Source: Raillietiella orientalis (lineage: Eukaryota). From it: a stretch of 64,000 nt of DNA. This document shows, piece after piece, positions 48,587 to 62,100 of the stretch; the stretch's first letter is position 1, and each line of letters starts with the position of its first letter. The translations under genes were made by a program, and so were the position numbers. The notes under the pieces are model-generated. The model ran no database searches. It was given only the letters and a program-made list of their open reading frames with translations, and was not told the DNA's origin. Location: contig JAYWIR010000047.1 of the NCBI GenBank assembly GCA_036172245.1, positions 1 to 64,000 on the forward strand, given 5' to 3'.

Positions 48587-51500
48587 CGATGGCACATCCC
48601 CAACTCAGAGGACGCTTTCTTTGCGCGCGAGAGATGCGCACCTTGCGCGTACTGCAAGAAGGGGCGCTTCCGTCGAGCGCAAGTGGCAGCGGCACCCGGA
48701 AAGCGACGCACTCGACTCGCATGGACAAGAGGAGACGCTGGCTCCGGGAGACGTGGAAGGGGGGACGGTGAAGGCGAGGGGGAGGAATCCTGCGCTCGCG
48801 CAACGGGAGGGTCCTCCGCACACGCGCGGGTCGCGTCCAGCTGCCGACTTGGATCTCGATTCCACGAGAGTCGCAGCGACCTCATCAGTGCGTGAGCGCG
48901 GCGGAACGTGCGAGCCCGTGAGGACCCTCGAGGGACTCGCGGGTTCCCGAGCGCGAGAGGAGCAGGAGGCGGCGGCGGACAGGAGCGGGCATGACGGCGG
49001 CCCGAGCACACCAGAGATCTCCGTGCTCGTGCGTGGCGCCGGTGGAGTTGGTGGTCAAAGCGCGACTCGAAGGGTGGACGCGGAGAAAGCGGCGAACACG
49101 TGACTCACGTTTCCGTCCGCTGCCGGCTGGCTGCCTTTGGTCTTCGCTCGCTTGGTGCGAAGGAAGGTCGCCTGGCGACGACGGGTGACGGCAATTCGAC
49201 CTCGCGGATGGCGCGCGCAGGAACGACAACGAAATGAGGCTCTCCGCTGACCACGACCAGCGCACAGTCCGGGGAGCTGCTCCCTTCGGTCTTCTTTCCC
49301 CAATCTTCGCCATGGACGCCTTCCCCCTCTCCGCCTACTGTCGTGCCCTTTTGATGGCGAGCTCCGACGGACGATGGGTCCTCCTACAATGACGGACGAT
49401 TTCGCCCTTCGCGATGCGTCCGTTCTCTCGCCCTCCCACGCGCAGCCCGCGTCCTCCTCTTCCTTCTCCTGGTGGATGCGTGCGAAGCACTTCTCCTAGT
49501 CGGTAGGTATCCCTCCAGGCCGCCGCGGCTTACGAGCGAACCCCGCGTTCTTCGCTCGAACCTCGAAGCGCAAGCGCGTTGTAGTCTCACTTAAAGACGT
49601 CCAGGCAGCAGACGCCTGAGGCGCCAAGACAACACCGTAATGGGAATTGCATCCAATACAGAGTTCCTTTCCGAAACCATGGCAGCGGACAAATAGGAGG
49701 GAGGACGCAGGTTCCGTCCGGAGAGAGAAGAGTCTTTACTTTTACTGGACTGCTGAAGTGACTCCAAGAAAGTGCACCCTTGACCTGTTTCCGAGTAGGG
49801 CGAGCAAAAAAAAAACCCTGGGGGTTTGTCGTCTACTCGTTCCGGAGGCTGCGGCACGTTGCAGAGAAAGACGAGAAGGCGCGCCGACAAGGTTGCTCGG
49901 CAAAAGAAAGAAGAAAAGCGAGCAACTCGGGGCGGCTTGCGATCCGCCGGCCGGCCTAGCGGCACGCACCCCATTTCCTGCGGCTTTCGCCAGGCAGTGG
50001 GGCGCCCGCGCCTGCACGCACACAACGCTGCTGCTGCACGCTGGACCGAACCGTTTCTCCCGCGAGATTTCCCGTCCACGCGCGGTACGGGGCCGCGGAA
50101 TGCGCGGATCGGCTCACACCTTCCGAAGACACGTTGTTGGCGGTGGCCAGTGTCGACGAGTTCGCATGCCAACAGCAGCCGCAGCAGCCTCCTCGAGAGA
50201 CGGAGTTTCCGCCCTCCGCCGCACTCGGTTGCGGGAAGCTTTCCCGAGAAGTCGGTGCAAGCAGGAAGTGAGGGAGGTCGCCAATCGCAGGCCACGCGTC
50301 CGGTTCGCAAGGCATCCGGTCCGCAGCTCGACTTCCGCTTTCCAGGCTCTCAGCGCCACAGACGCGGGGCAACGAACCAGCAGGATGAAGGATCCGTTCC
50401 TCGGGAAGGAGAACCTTGCGTCGGAATGGTGGGCGATGGCGCCACCGGCGGCTCTGGGAAGGGTCCTTGTCTCGGGTTCCTTGCGAGGGAACGAGATCTC
50501 GGTTGTGGCATTTCGGGAAAGGAGGGCCGCTTCGGCAATCAGTGAGCGGGTCGGAGGGCTCCTCGTTGTTGGCGTGACCGGCTAGAGGGAGGGACCGGAG
50601 ATAGGCGCGCAACATGCTGCTCGCTCCTCCCTCTCAGCTGCGCAAGGAAGACAAGCTGGAGGTTCAGCGGAGCTTCCCAACGTCTCTGATTTGCGCAACG
50701 CTGACTCCCCAGAGTTACATTCGTCCTCCAGAGAAACTCCCGTACGGGAGCTAAGCGTCGGCCGCTGCTGCTGCTTTCTTCCGCGGGCACGGCGGGAAGG
50801 AGCGGAGTCGGGTTGCAGGGAGGCATGGCGGACCTCACCTCCCTACATCTCCACCCAGCCCTTTTTTTCTTTCGGAGAACGGCCTTCGGGACAGCACGCG
50901 CGAGTCACCGCCGGTGTTGTCGCACGCGAGAGCCGCGCTTGCAGACGCCACTGCGGACAGATGCAACCCTGCAGGCCAGCACCAAGGGGCAGAGGGAAGC
51001 GTCTCTCCAAACGCGATTGTCGGGAAGATTTTGGTATTGCCACCAGAAGAGGGGGATGCGATTGTCCCTCTTTTCCCGCCACCTACTCGGTTGGCGATCC
51101 CCGACTGCTACACAGCGCAACCGTCGTCTCCGTGAGAAGAACGTTGTCCTGCAGACGCCGCATCTCCAGGTCTGCCAGCGAGCCCCCTCTCTGCACTGGA
51201 CAAAGCGCCCGGTCGCCCCGGGTGCATCTCTCCCTTGGGCGCTTCTTCTGGCAGGAGAACGAACGCTCCCGGGAGATTGAGGCCCCGGGACGCGACAGAA
51301 CCGGCGGCGGAGGCCGCCGCGATCCGTGGCGACTGTCCCTGGGCTGTCGGAACAAGACGCTTCCTCGAATCAGCCCGCATCCCCACCCCATTCCAAGCAC
51401 TTGCACACACTCGGTCGTTTCCGTGTCGCGCGGTCGCGGACGGCAACAGGTGTGGACGATGCTGCCGAGGTACACCGTTGCCAAGGGAGCGCTTCTTCCG

Positions 51501-53840
51501 CAAGGTCGCGCCTCTGTCTGGCGTCCGCCCTACCCTCGGCGGATTCCGGGAGCACCGCGAACGTGGACGCCTCGGATGCATCCGCACGCCGAGGAGCGCC
51601 GTCCGGCTCCCGCGAGAGCGGGGCAAGACGAGCGCTCCGGAGGTCGCCGGCTGGCAGTCGCCACTCTTCGTTGCGATTAGAAGCGCATCTTTTCCGCGCG
51701 CTCCGGAGACTGACACGCGGACCCCGGCCTCTGCCTGGCGAGGCCACCAAAACTTGCCAGGCATCGCAAGGGACCGCCGCAGACGTTCGAGGACGTCTGC
51801 ACAGCGGTACATTTTCGCCTCCTTGACACCGCTAGTGGAGGTCGGCTGCGGCCACGCCTCGCCCCCCATGCCCTTCCTCTTGAGCACGTGCGGGGAAAAC
51901 CCCCGGAGGCGTCTTCCTTGAATTCTTGCGACGAAGCCGTGGGACGTCGTCGGCAGGCCACCTCGACGAAGGTACCGCAGCGTTGGCACGGGAAGCCGTG
52001 GAACGAAAAGAAGGATGCGAACGCGCCCGGAAGTGGCTGGACGGAAGGCGAGTTCTTCCGAAAGGATACGAGTCGCCTCGGGGTCGTCCCGTTGCCGGTA
52101 TCTGGAGACTGCGCGCGCGCGCGCCCGGTGGCGTCACCAACGGGCATTCCCTGTCCGTCGACGTCCGCCCCTCCAGCCGCTGAGGCGCTCCATGAGCTGC
52201 CACGCCCTCGTACCGCGCACCCTCTCGCCCTCGCCCTCCCTCGGCGGATTCCGGGAGCAGCGCCCACGTGGACGCCGCGGACGAGTCCTCATCCCGCGGA
52301 ACGGCCAGCTTACCCGACGAGGTTCCGACAGCGTCCTCAAGGCTTAGCAACTGCGCCCGAGAGAGTACGCCCCGGACTGCTGCCACCACGACCGCAATCG
52401 TCCGGCGCACCGAAGCGCGGATGGGACCGCGCCCGATCGGTCCAGCGTGTTGACGCGTGCGCATCCATCGGCCGACCCGAGTTCGCTCCTTCAAGACCCA
52501 ACTGCAGCGCGAACCCATCACGGACTTTGCACTCACGGTGACACGTCCTTGCCACCGCAGGCACCCTAATTGATCCCTTCCTGCACCATCACCCGTCGCC
52601 TCCCTCGCATCGTCCTGCGTCACCAACCTTCGTCGCCAAAGCGCGCGTCTGCCTCTGCCATCACCCTTGTCGGGGAATCCGAGGGGGGAGACGGCAGCCG
52701 TGTGACGTCACGCGTCCGCAGTCCAGAGCCTTTCGAGGGGCAACGCGGGAACGAACCTTGGGTCAAGCGAATAGGCCCCCTAGGAGAGAGGAAAACGCAG
52801 AGTCCGCCTTTCCAGGTCGCGGAATCTGTTTGCGCAGCGCCCGATCCGGAACCCTTTGCTCCCCCGCGCGATAGTCGCACCTGCCAAGCATTCGAACGAG
52901 GGCGACACCTCCGCTTTCTGCACCTGTCGCATGGCAACGATCGGAGGCCAAGCGCGGTGCGCCGCAGCTTTCCCCTTTCGTGGAAGGTTTGGCGACGGTC
53001 CCCCTCCCCTCCCGCCCGCCGAATCCTTCCCGAACGAGCGCCGGGCGAGGGTGCGGATCTGCTTGGCCCGGGCGGCATTCGCTCTTCCGCGTTTGATCGG
53101 TCCGTGCCTTTGGGCTCGGACCGCGGTTTGCTGACAGAGGTGTGGAGGATGAAGAGGCGCGCATGCGCGTAGGCAAAGAGAAAATTTTTCTCCTGTCGAG
53201 GGAAAAATTGGAATTTTCGAGGCAGGGGTCCTCGAACACAAGGAACCGTCGTCTAGGCAACGATGCCGTTGTTGGTAAGTTTTTTCGAGTTGCGGTCGAA
53301 ATTTCGCGTGTCTCGCGCGGTGCTTCTACAGCGGAGAAAGAAAGAAAGAAAAAAAGCCATTCCACTTGAAGCTGCGTATTCATCATTTTTTTTTTTTTTC
53401 CTTTCTTTCTTCGGTAACCAGCAGCAACGTTGCTTCACTTCCATAAACTCAAGTGCACATCTTCGCTGCGGCATTTGCCAACAAGCTCGAATGCAGATGA
53501 TGCTCGTAACCTGTAAGGCATGAAATGACATCCGCCGGCGCACCTGAGTTAACCACTCGGTGATTTCTTCGGCGTATTCGAGGAGGAACCGCAGCGTAGC
53601 GTGCAACCCTTGCGTGATGCTTTCAGGCCGCTTCCTGATAGTGCTGGGCCTGAGGACGGGAGCAGCTGCAAGACGGATGCGGCGTCTCCACACCTTCCTC
53701 CTCGTGCTTGCCGGCCACGTCTTGACCGTGTGTGCAGCGCCACCGGGCAGCGGGTCTCCGTGCTACAGGTAAGCCTCGTTTCGTCTGCTCCCCATTCCCT
53801 GGAGGATCCCGTATCCTGTCGCTTCTGCGTGAGTTTGCCG
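48587..53840. repeat. Probable donor segment of the palindrome spacer and arms
   Basis: Longest version: retains ~48948-50429 and a ~65 bp stretch near 53400-53460 that the copies lack. Confidence 0.88.
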
Positions 53841-56519
53841 ACCGCTCGCCCTCCTTCCGTGTTCTCGTTTGTCTGTCCTTTTCCGCTGTTGTTGCAACTG
53901 AGGTTGTTGTTGTTGTTCTTGTCGTTTTGGAGTGACGACTTGGCGCGCGCTTTCTTGGTTCTCGAATCGCGTCGGTTCCAAAGCAGGATAACTGCAGGCT
54001 CCGAAGGACGCCGCCGTGTTGTTGGGCGGCCTTCGCACGCGGACCGGTCCGCGGTACGCGTGCGATGTGCGGACTGAGGCATTAGCTGCATCCTGACTGC
54101 GACGCAGGTGTTCCCGCGCCTTGACACGTATCACCGTGGAAACGGGAAGCAGGGAGGCGTCGCTGATGACGTGAGCGGGCCCGTTCCTGTTCAAGCGAAC
54201 TGCATGAGGCTTCTTCCCGTGCCATTAGGCTGCGGGAACGCGCGGAAGGCCCGCGCTTCTCCCTCTGCCGCAGCGTCTCGTTACTGCGCGTCCCGGTTTG
54301 ACGCAGTCGGCGTGCTTTCCTCACGGGAGAAGGCGACGGCAGGCACGTGCGCGAGCACGAAGACCGCCTGACCGGCCGGTGCGCGTTCGCGCACGCGTCC
54401 TTCTCCCCGACGCGGCAGCCGAGGGAACGGGACGAACGGCACCCGCGACAGTGGCGACCGCGGCGTCGTCTGGAAACGGAACTGCACCGGGAAGCGCACA
54501 AACGGGAAAGCACCGTTAGCGGCGCCGCGTGCGGCCCGCAAGTGCAGTTAGGGCTAAAAGAACGGAATTCCTGCGGGAGCTCTTCCTTTTGCCTTGCGTA
54601 CTGGGTGCCCGCAGAGATTTCTTTCGAGGGAGCGGAGACCGGGGAAGGGTTGGGGCCGCCCTTGAAAGCATCGGCGACCGGCGTTCCGTTGGAATGCGGT
54701 GGCGTGCACCAACGAGTTGCGCGGTCATCCGCTTGGGAGCGCCGTTTTCCTCAGCAGAATCGCAGGCGAGCTCGCGAGATCGATGCACGACAGATGAAGC
54801 GCCTTCTTGAAGTGACCCCGTCCTGCTGCCGCGCCACCGTTTCTTTTCGGGAAACGCGCAGGGTTCCCTTCCACCAAGAGCGTTCGCTGTTCCTCTGAGG
54901 TTCGTACTGCGCGCCGAGCTCCCTGCAGATGCGCCCGCGCGACCGACGACGCGCGCCGCTGGAAATTCGCAGAACGCGCTCGCGTTCCGGAGATGATCCT
55001 CCTCCTTTCCGTTTCCTGCGCGCGTTTCGCGATCACCGAGTCGCGCCAGCGGCCGTTCCCGTTCCCGCTTCGAGGTAGAGTTCGGGAAGCGCTTCTCTCG
55101 CAGTCCTCCCGGACTAGGCGATGGAAGCGAAGAGGAACTGCATGTGGCACGGCGAGCGGGCATTTGCGTGCCCGTCGACGGGGATGGGCGGTGAGCGAGG
55201 AGATGCGCTGGGCAAGCCCGTCCGGAATCCACTCAAGAGGGTACGATCGCTCGGGAATTCCCTTACGACCGCTTGGCTGGTCTGCAGAGGGGAAAGCCGG
55301 AAGGAGAAGACCTGATGTGGAAGACCACATGGTCACGTCAGCCACCCGAGGCGATGCGCCGAGAATGGGTCGGAAGGCGAGGGGCTGAGCCGCCGAAGAC
55401 GTCCCTGCATCTCATCTCAGGCAAAGGAGCTGCGAGGATCTGCTTCGAGGTCGCCGGTGGCGGAGAGGGAAGAGAAAGAGGAAAGCGGGGGTGAAAGACG
55501 AGCGTGCAGCTGCCGGCGACCCCCCGCAAGCGAGTCGTCTCGCAGTCCGCGCCGCGTTCCGCGGAGAGGAAGGTCCTCGGGAAGACTGCCGGGCGCGGAT
55601 GGAGCAACTCGCCTCTCTTGGCGTACCGAAGATGGCGGAGCCAGGAAACTTGCGCGAAAGGCAGGACGAGGGCAGAGCTGAGCAGAGGACACGCGCACTG
55701 GACCCCTGACGACCGTTGCGATGCACACACCGCGTCCAGCGTTCCACAACCTCGGGTGCAGCGAGGGAGCGTGATGGCGTCCTGTGCGGAAGCGGGGTCG
55801 CGTGCTTCACCGATCCAAGAGTGAACTCCGGCACAGGAGGTCCATCAGCAATAGCGGCTGTCTTGCGTCGACGATAACGGAATCCAATCGCGGTCCGGGC
55901 GCAAAGCAGCCGGCCGCACGGGGAGGTGGAAAACGTCGTTGGATAGCCCTCCCTCCCGCCCTCCTCCGGCTAGTGTGCGCAGAAAGCGCCCTGTTGGCTC
56001 CAGTTCGGCGGAACAGCGCCTGCGTGCTCGAGCGTTTCCAGCTGGCGGAAATGGGCGCGCGACCGTAAGCACTTCAGCTGACGAATGGGCGGCGACCTAG
56101 CTGTTGCAAGCGCCTCGAGCTGCTCGCGCGTCGACACGGAGCTGTGACCCTCGCCGCCAGTCCCGGAGTCGCGCCAGAGTTCGCGGTCGACCTGCGCCAA
56201 CAGCACGGCGGCTGCAGGTTTGTCCGCTTGGACCGGGCGTCATCGGGAGCAGTGCGGAAGGCAGCTCTTCGTTCGTTCAGAAGTGGATTGGGATGGATCC
56301 ACGGAGAACAGCTTCTGGAGCACGGTAGCAAGCGGTGCTCCTGATTCGGCGCACCTCTGCGTTCCCCGGGGAAGCATCCCGGCACCCGCATCGGAATGCT
56401 GCGCACGTAAAAGGGAAGAAACGCAGGCGCGTCGCACCGACTTGGGAAGCTTCCTGGTTGGCGGCGCCACTTGACGTGCAAGGACCAACACCAGCGCCGT
56501 TCCCGTTGCAGGCGATCAG

Positions 56520-57200
56520 GTGAAACTCTTGAAGTTCGCGGGGAACTCGTGGCGCCCTTCCTCCGTATCTTCCTCCACCGTCGCACGCGAACAAAACCGA
56601 AGAAGCTGCTCGATTCTCGAGGACGCATGCCGCGGAGCGAAAGCGAGCCTGGCCAAAGACCGTGGAGCCTTCTTAGAGTGTTCTCTGGCAGCCGCAGAGT
56701 TTCCCATTCCCCATCTAAGAGAAGATGAGATCCGTGAAGGCTGGGGCGATTTCCGCAAGAAGCAACCATCGCGAGTCTCCGACGATGGAAGCGTGCGCGC
56801 CGTTTCTTCTGGTGGAAGCTCTGGATGGCAAAAGATCACTTCACGGAAAGACTGGAAGGCACAGCACGTTCTTAGCGGGAAAACATTCTCAGGTCTTAGC
56901 AACTGCGTGTTGTAGCCGATGTCAACGGTGGGAAGATGCGATCGGCGGGTATCTTCAGTGGCAAGTTCGTCACACGTGAAACGTCAAGGTCTGCATCCAA
57001 GAGATTCTGGTTCGCAGTGTCCCTGCAGCCGTCGCTCGCATTCAGAAAATTTCAAGGATCGCCGTCCTCTGCGAGGAACAGCCGTCTTTCACGATGCTCG
57101 TCGTCGCGCGTAGCAGTTTGTAGACCTTCGACTCGGCGGGGCGAAAGAGCTTCTGCCGTGGGGCCAGCGAGGTTTCGCTAGGGGGTATTCGAGCTGCTGA
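56520..57200 (+). mobile_element. Possible hAT transposase C-terminal remnant
   Basis: RFW....QPSLA...F..SPSS...RLS resembles the hAT dimerisation motif; heavily decayed. Confidence 0.22.
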
Positions 57201-59190
57201 CTCGTTACTGCTTCCGAACGCCCAGGATGCCGACCACCCGGTCCAGCGTGTACTCCATCGTGGCTGCTCTCCGGAGCAGGCTCGGATTGCCAAGATGAGA
57301 ACGCAAAACGCACTCCGGGAAGCTGACCGGACTGTCTTTTGGCTTCAGCGCGAGCGTGACCGCCCAGTGGGTGGACGATTCTCTAGGAGACCTCTGCTTC
57401 ATCGGACTCTGCCACCAGCCAACTTCGCTGCGGAACCACCGCCCGGATGCCGGAGGCGGATGTCAGCATGCGCGTCCCGTCGTTGGCACGTTCCATTTTC
57501 AGGAAAGCGTGCAAGTGTCGTGGCTGCTGGCGTTCCGCCCGACCCCACTTGCGGAGCCACGGGCCGTCCAGCCAGCCTAGACCGGATCGTACCTTATCCC
57601 GCCGCCATGCTCGCAGCATGAGGGCGCTTCCGCCGAAGAGCGGCGCCAATCTTACGCGTTTCTGTTCAGCGAGCGTTTCGCGGGGTCCGTCGAAACGTTG
57701 GCACGACAACCGGACGCCAGCGTCGCTCGACTCGCAGATGGGGAGCCACAAGCGAAAGCGTGGCCCCAGCTGGTGTCTTCCGTTGCTCCAACGGTAGAAC
57801 CCTCTCAGTAGGAGGGGAGAGCCGACGGAGAGGGAAGCGCTTTTTCGTTGTCGCTGCCGTGGCTCCCGCCTCTCACTATTTTAGAAGATGCCATGAGCGG
57901 CATGTGGACGTCGGCGCAGGAGCGGGCTTTTGCAACGCCATGCAGTCGTCGAGGACAGGGAATCGAGTATGTAGCGAGGGCAAGGAGGGAAAGCTGCGTG
58001 CACAGGGCGCTGACACCATCCTCCCTTCTGCCCGCCTTCTTTGGCACCGGGCTCGCTGGAGCGCACGCGAAGGCATTCCGACGCAAAGCAGCTCTGCAGG
58101 GGAGCATCCTCCAACTCGAAGAAACGTTGCGAGGGCACCGACTTCGGAGTGGCCGCGTGGTCCGGGGTGCTCCGCGTGTCGTCTGTGCCTCCGGGAGCAA
58201 CTCAAGGCGGAGAGGAGCGCCGCAGGGTTCGGTTCTCTCGATTGCGTGGCAGCGCTCCCCAGATGATTGTGGGGGCAAACGCGCCCGCTTCAGAGGGCAC
58301 CCGATCCGTCCGTCCCAGAAGGAGATCGGTAATTGAGTGCGCGTTGCCGACTCGCGGGTGGCTCCATCTGCCAGAAAAGGTCGTCTGCCCAAGACACTCT
58401 GAAGACCCGCATCCGCTCTTTCAGGCATAGAACACGCAAGTGGTACGCAGGGAAAGATTTTCGGGCTCCTTCCGAGAGATCTTGGATAAAAGAGCTGTCC
58501 TGCTTTCAGTGCGCGACTGCGGACGTTCCCATCGCCTGCTCCGGGCTCGCAACAAGGGCTGGTGCTATGGCTGCTGCCTCCGCTCACGTGGCACAGGGAG
58601 CCGTCACGCGTGAACCGTCGGGGGGGGTCGTCCAAGACACCATGGTTCGCACTGGTACCTGTGGCTGTCGCTCGCATTCAAGAAATTCAAGCCGGCGCTT
58701 TCGGCGTTCGTTAGCAGCCTCGTCCGCCCGTTCCTGTTCGCGCACAAGCGGAAAATCCCTCCCCTTTCTCGGCCGCGCAGGGGGGACGTTCGTCGTCCCG
58801 CCACCTCGCGGCCGACGGCCCTCGCTCGCACACGGCATGGGTTGCGGATTGCTGGAAGGAGACCCTATGGGGTCTGCTTGGGCCGCGCCATTCGGAAGAG
58901 CGATCCGTGCCGTTTTGTCCGAACGTGCTCTCCTGGTGCGCATTTGGCCCGTCCCACTTCCTTATTTGCGTTCCTGCGCTCCTGATTTTCGCATCAGCCG
59001 CATCGCAGAATCCTGGGCCAGCTCTCCCTCCCTGCCGGGACTGGTATGCCCCCTCGGGCGGAAACGGTAAACCGCAAAACACGTCTGGATATCCGGAAAG
59101 AAAGCTGCGCGGATGCTTGTGACACGTGCCGTGTTCTTCCGTGAGTTGGCGAGCCCATGGGAACCGCAGGGGGTCGCTTTTCCGTTCAGA

Positions 59191-62100
59191 ATGGCAACTC
59201 GCGACTCGCCTTCAGGCCATGGACTCGCCGAGCGGTCTTTACGAAAAGAAGCGTGGCTGCCTTTCTACTTTGTGCTTATTTCCAGCAACAGCAATGCCTT
59301 TTCCGGAGGCGGTGACGGCGTGGCGAAGAGAGTCCGGGACATAGTCACCAACAAATTGGACAACCGACTGTACAGGGGTCTGGAGCTGAAGAATGGCATG
59401 ACGGTGCTGCTGATAAGCGATCCGACCACGGAGCAAGCCGCAGCAGCCATGGCTGTGGGAGTAGGTGAGCACCGCGGACGGATAAGACGGGTGGAGCCTA
59501 CCTGCACCCCCATGGCTCTTGCAGGCTACATGAACGATCCCGACGACGTGCCGGGATTAGCGCACTTTTGCGAGCACATGCTTTTCCTGGGTACGAAAGA
59601 ATTCCCCGAAGAGAACAGCTACTCCAAATTTCTGTCGGAGCACGGAGGTGCCTCCAACGCGTACACCTCGACCGACTTGACCAACTTCTATTTCAACGTC
59701 CAGCCGCAAAACCTGAAACAAGCCATACACAGGTACCGCGTTGCCGAGGTCGCGGTTGGAGGACGTGCCTCCAGCAAGCCGCTTTAGATTCTCGCAGTTC
59801 TTCATTTGTCCGCTTTTTAACGAGGATGCGACCGAAAGGGAGGTGAACGCAGTGAACCTGGAGCACGAGAAGAACATTCCAAACGACAGCTGGAGGCGAT
59901 TCAAGCTGGAGACGAGTTTTACGAAACCTGGTCATCCTTACGCCAAATTTGGGACAGGTTCATAGCCTTGTTATCTGTAGGCCAGCGAGCGCATTTCTTC
60001 CCACGCAGGTAACAAGAAAACCTTGCTGGACAGTCCCAAAGAAAAGGGCATCGACCCTAGGAAGCTCGTGTTGGATTTCCACGCCAGGTGGTATTCGTCC
60101 AACATCATGTGCCTTGTGGTTCTGGGTGCAGGTACACGTGCTGATCGATGATGGTCAACCACGTGCTCTCACGTGATGAATCTTTCAGAGACACTGGACG
60201 AGCTGGAGAGGATGGTGGTTCCAATCTTCTCTCACGTGCCGAACAAGAACATCAGTCTTCCGCGATGGTTGGACCAACCGTACGGAGAAGAACAAGTCAA
60301 GAGAATGATGGCCATGATTCCGATCAGGGACTTGCACACCCTCCGGATTCACTTCCCCATTCCCGACCTGCAGGAATACTACAGCGTTCGAGTGAGAAGT
60401 GTTTCTTTTCTTCGCGGAGCTCCAAGTTCTGCCGCGCTTCCCCCGCCCTCTGTGGATGCGCAGACATTTCTGCGCGGGTCAGCAAAGAAGCACCGGGGTC
60501 AACCGCCGCTATGATTCCAGCCTTTCGCTTACCTAAGCCATCACATCGGCCACGAAGGAAAAGGAAGCCTTTTGTCGGAACTGAAGCTGGTCGATCGCTG
60601 GGCTACTTCGCTCTCGGCACAGGATGGCGTGGGGGCTAGAGGATTCGGCCTGTTCACCGTTGCGATCGACCTCACCGAGGATGGCATCGAGCACATCGAC
60701 GATATCTTGATCAAAGTGTTCCAGGTACAAGGTCCGAGTCACGGTGCGAGGACTGTTGCCGTAGTACATCGCGATGCTGAATGAGGCGGGGTTCCAGCGG
60801 AGGATCTTTGACGAGATCCAGCAGACGCGCAAGCTCAGCTTCGAATACAAAGACAAGGAGGATCCCATCGCCTTCGTGCGCGACACAGCCAAGTACTTGA
60901 TGGTAACGACTGTGCTCCGTTTTCGAAAGCTACACCACTCCCCAGGACTATCCTTTAGAGGACGTTCTGTCAGGACCGTATCTGCTGCGTGAGGCCGATG
61001 TCTTGCGGATCAAGCAGGCTCTCGGCTATCTGAAGCCGACCAACATGTGGTAAGTCGCGGCGGTCCTGCTTTCGCGAGCGGCCCCCGATGGGCGAACTCC
61101 CGCAGGATGCTTGCGATCAGCAAGAAGCTCGCGAGAGCTCCTGGATACGTCTGGCTCACGGATCCGTGGTACGGGACGCAGTACAGCGTTCGGAGCATCA
61201 ACGCGACCTTTATCGAGGTACGTAGCCCAGGTCCTTCGCTGGGCGGGCGGACGGACGGACGGACGGATTGCCTCCTGCCGGCGAATTCGCCGCCAGCCCT
61301 CCCTTCTTGGCAAGGTGTCGGAAGTGCTCCTACGAGGTAGATGGAGATGCTGGCGGAAGGGGTGTCTCCCTGTTGAACCTGCACGCTGGGCGCCCGCGCG
61401 AAATTTCCAACGGTGACGGCGGCAAATGGATGAGACGGCGGCAAGACTTCGGTGCGGTCAGGTCCGTTCGCTGAGTCCGCTTCCGACGACGGAAGCGCTC
61501 ACGCTGGAGGCGATGTCCCGCGCACACCCGCGTTCTTCCGTTCTCGAAGTGCTCCGCGATAACCAGAGCGGGCAGCTGAGCGACGGATCGGAAGCGCACC
61601 TCTCTGTCCGAAGGCGAGCACTTTGGCGCGGGAGGAAAGGAGGCGTGCGGTTCCTTCGCTCCCTTCGCCGCAGCGCTCACCCGCAAACGATGGATGCCGC
61701 TGCGAGGGAACGCACCGCCGCACCTCGCTGCGCGAGGGGCGCGCGCGACGCTTTCCTCGCCGGAGCTTCCTCGTAGATCGCGCAACGGCACGCCAACGGC
61801 ACGGATCGCGGGAAGCCCCCGCAGCATCGGAAGTCTTCCCTCTGGAGCTGGGAGGGTTGGGATGCAGGCCGAAGTGCAGAGCCCCCTTCCGTGCGGTGCT
61901 TTCCGACATTTGGGAAAGGATGCGCTGCTGGATGGTGATCTCACCCGACGATGCTTTCCAGGCTCTGGGCGGCGTTCCTGCTCTCAAGAATTTCTTCCCT
62001 CCGTCGCCGAACAAGTTTATCCCCCGCAGCCTGGACCTGTATCCTCTAGCGGCAGCACCGCTGCCTTGGCTGCCGCCAGAGAAGGAGAGCCTGCCTCTGT

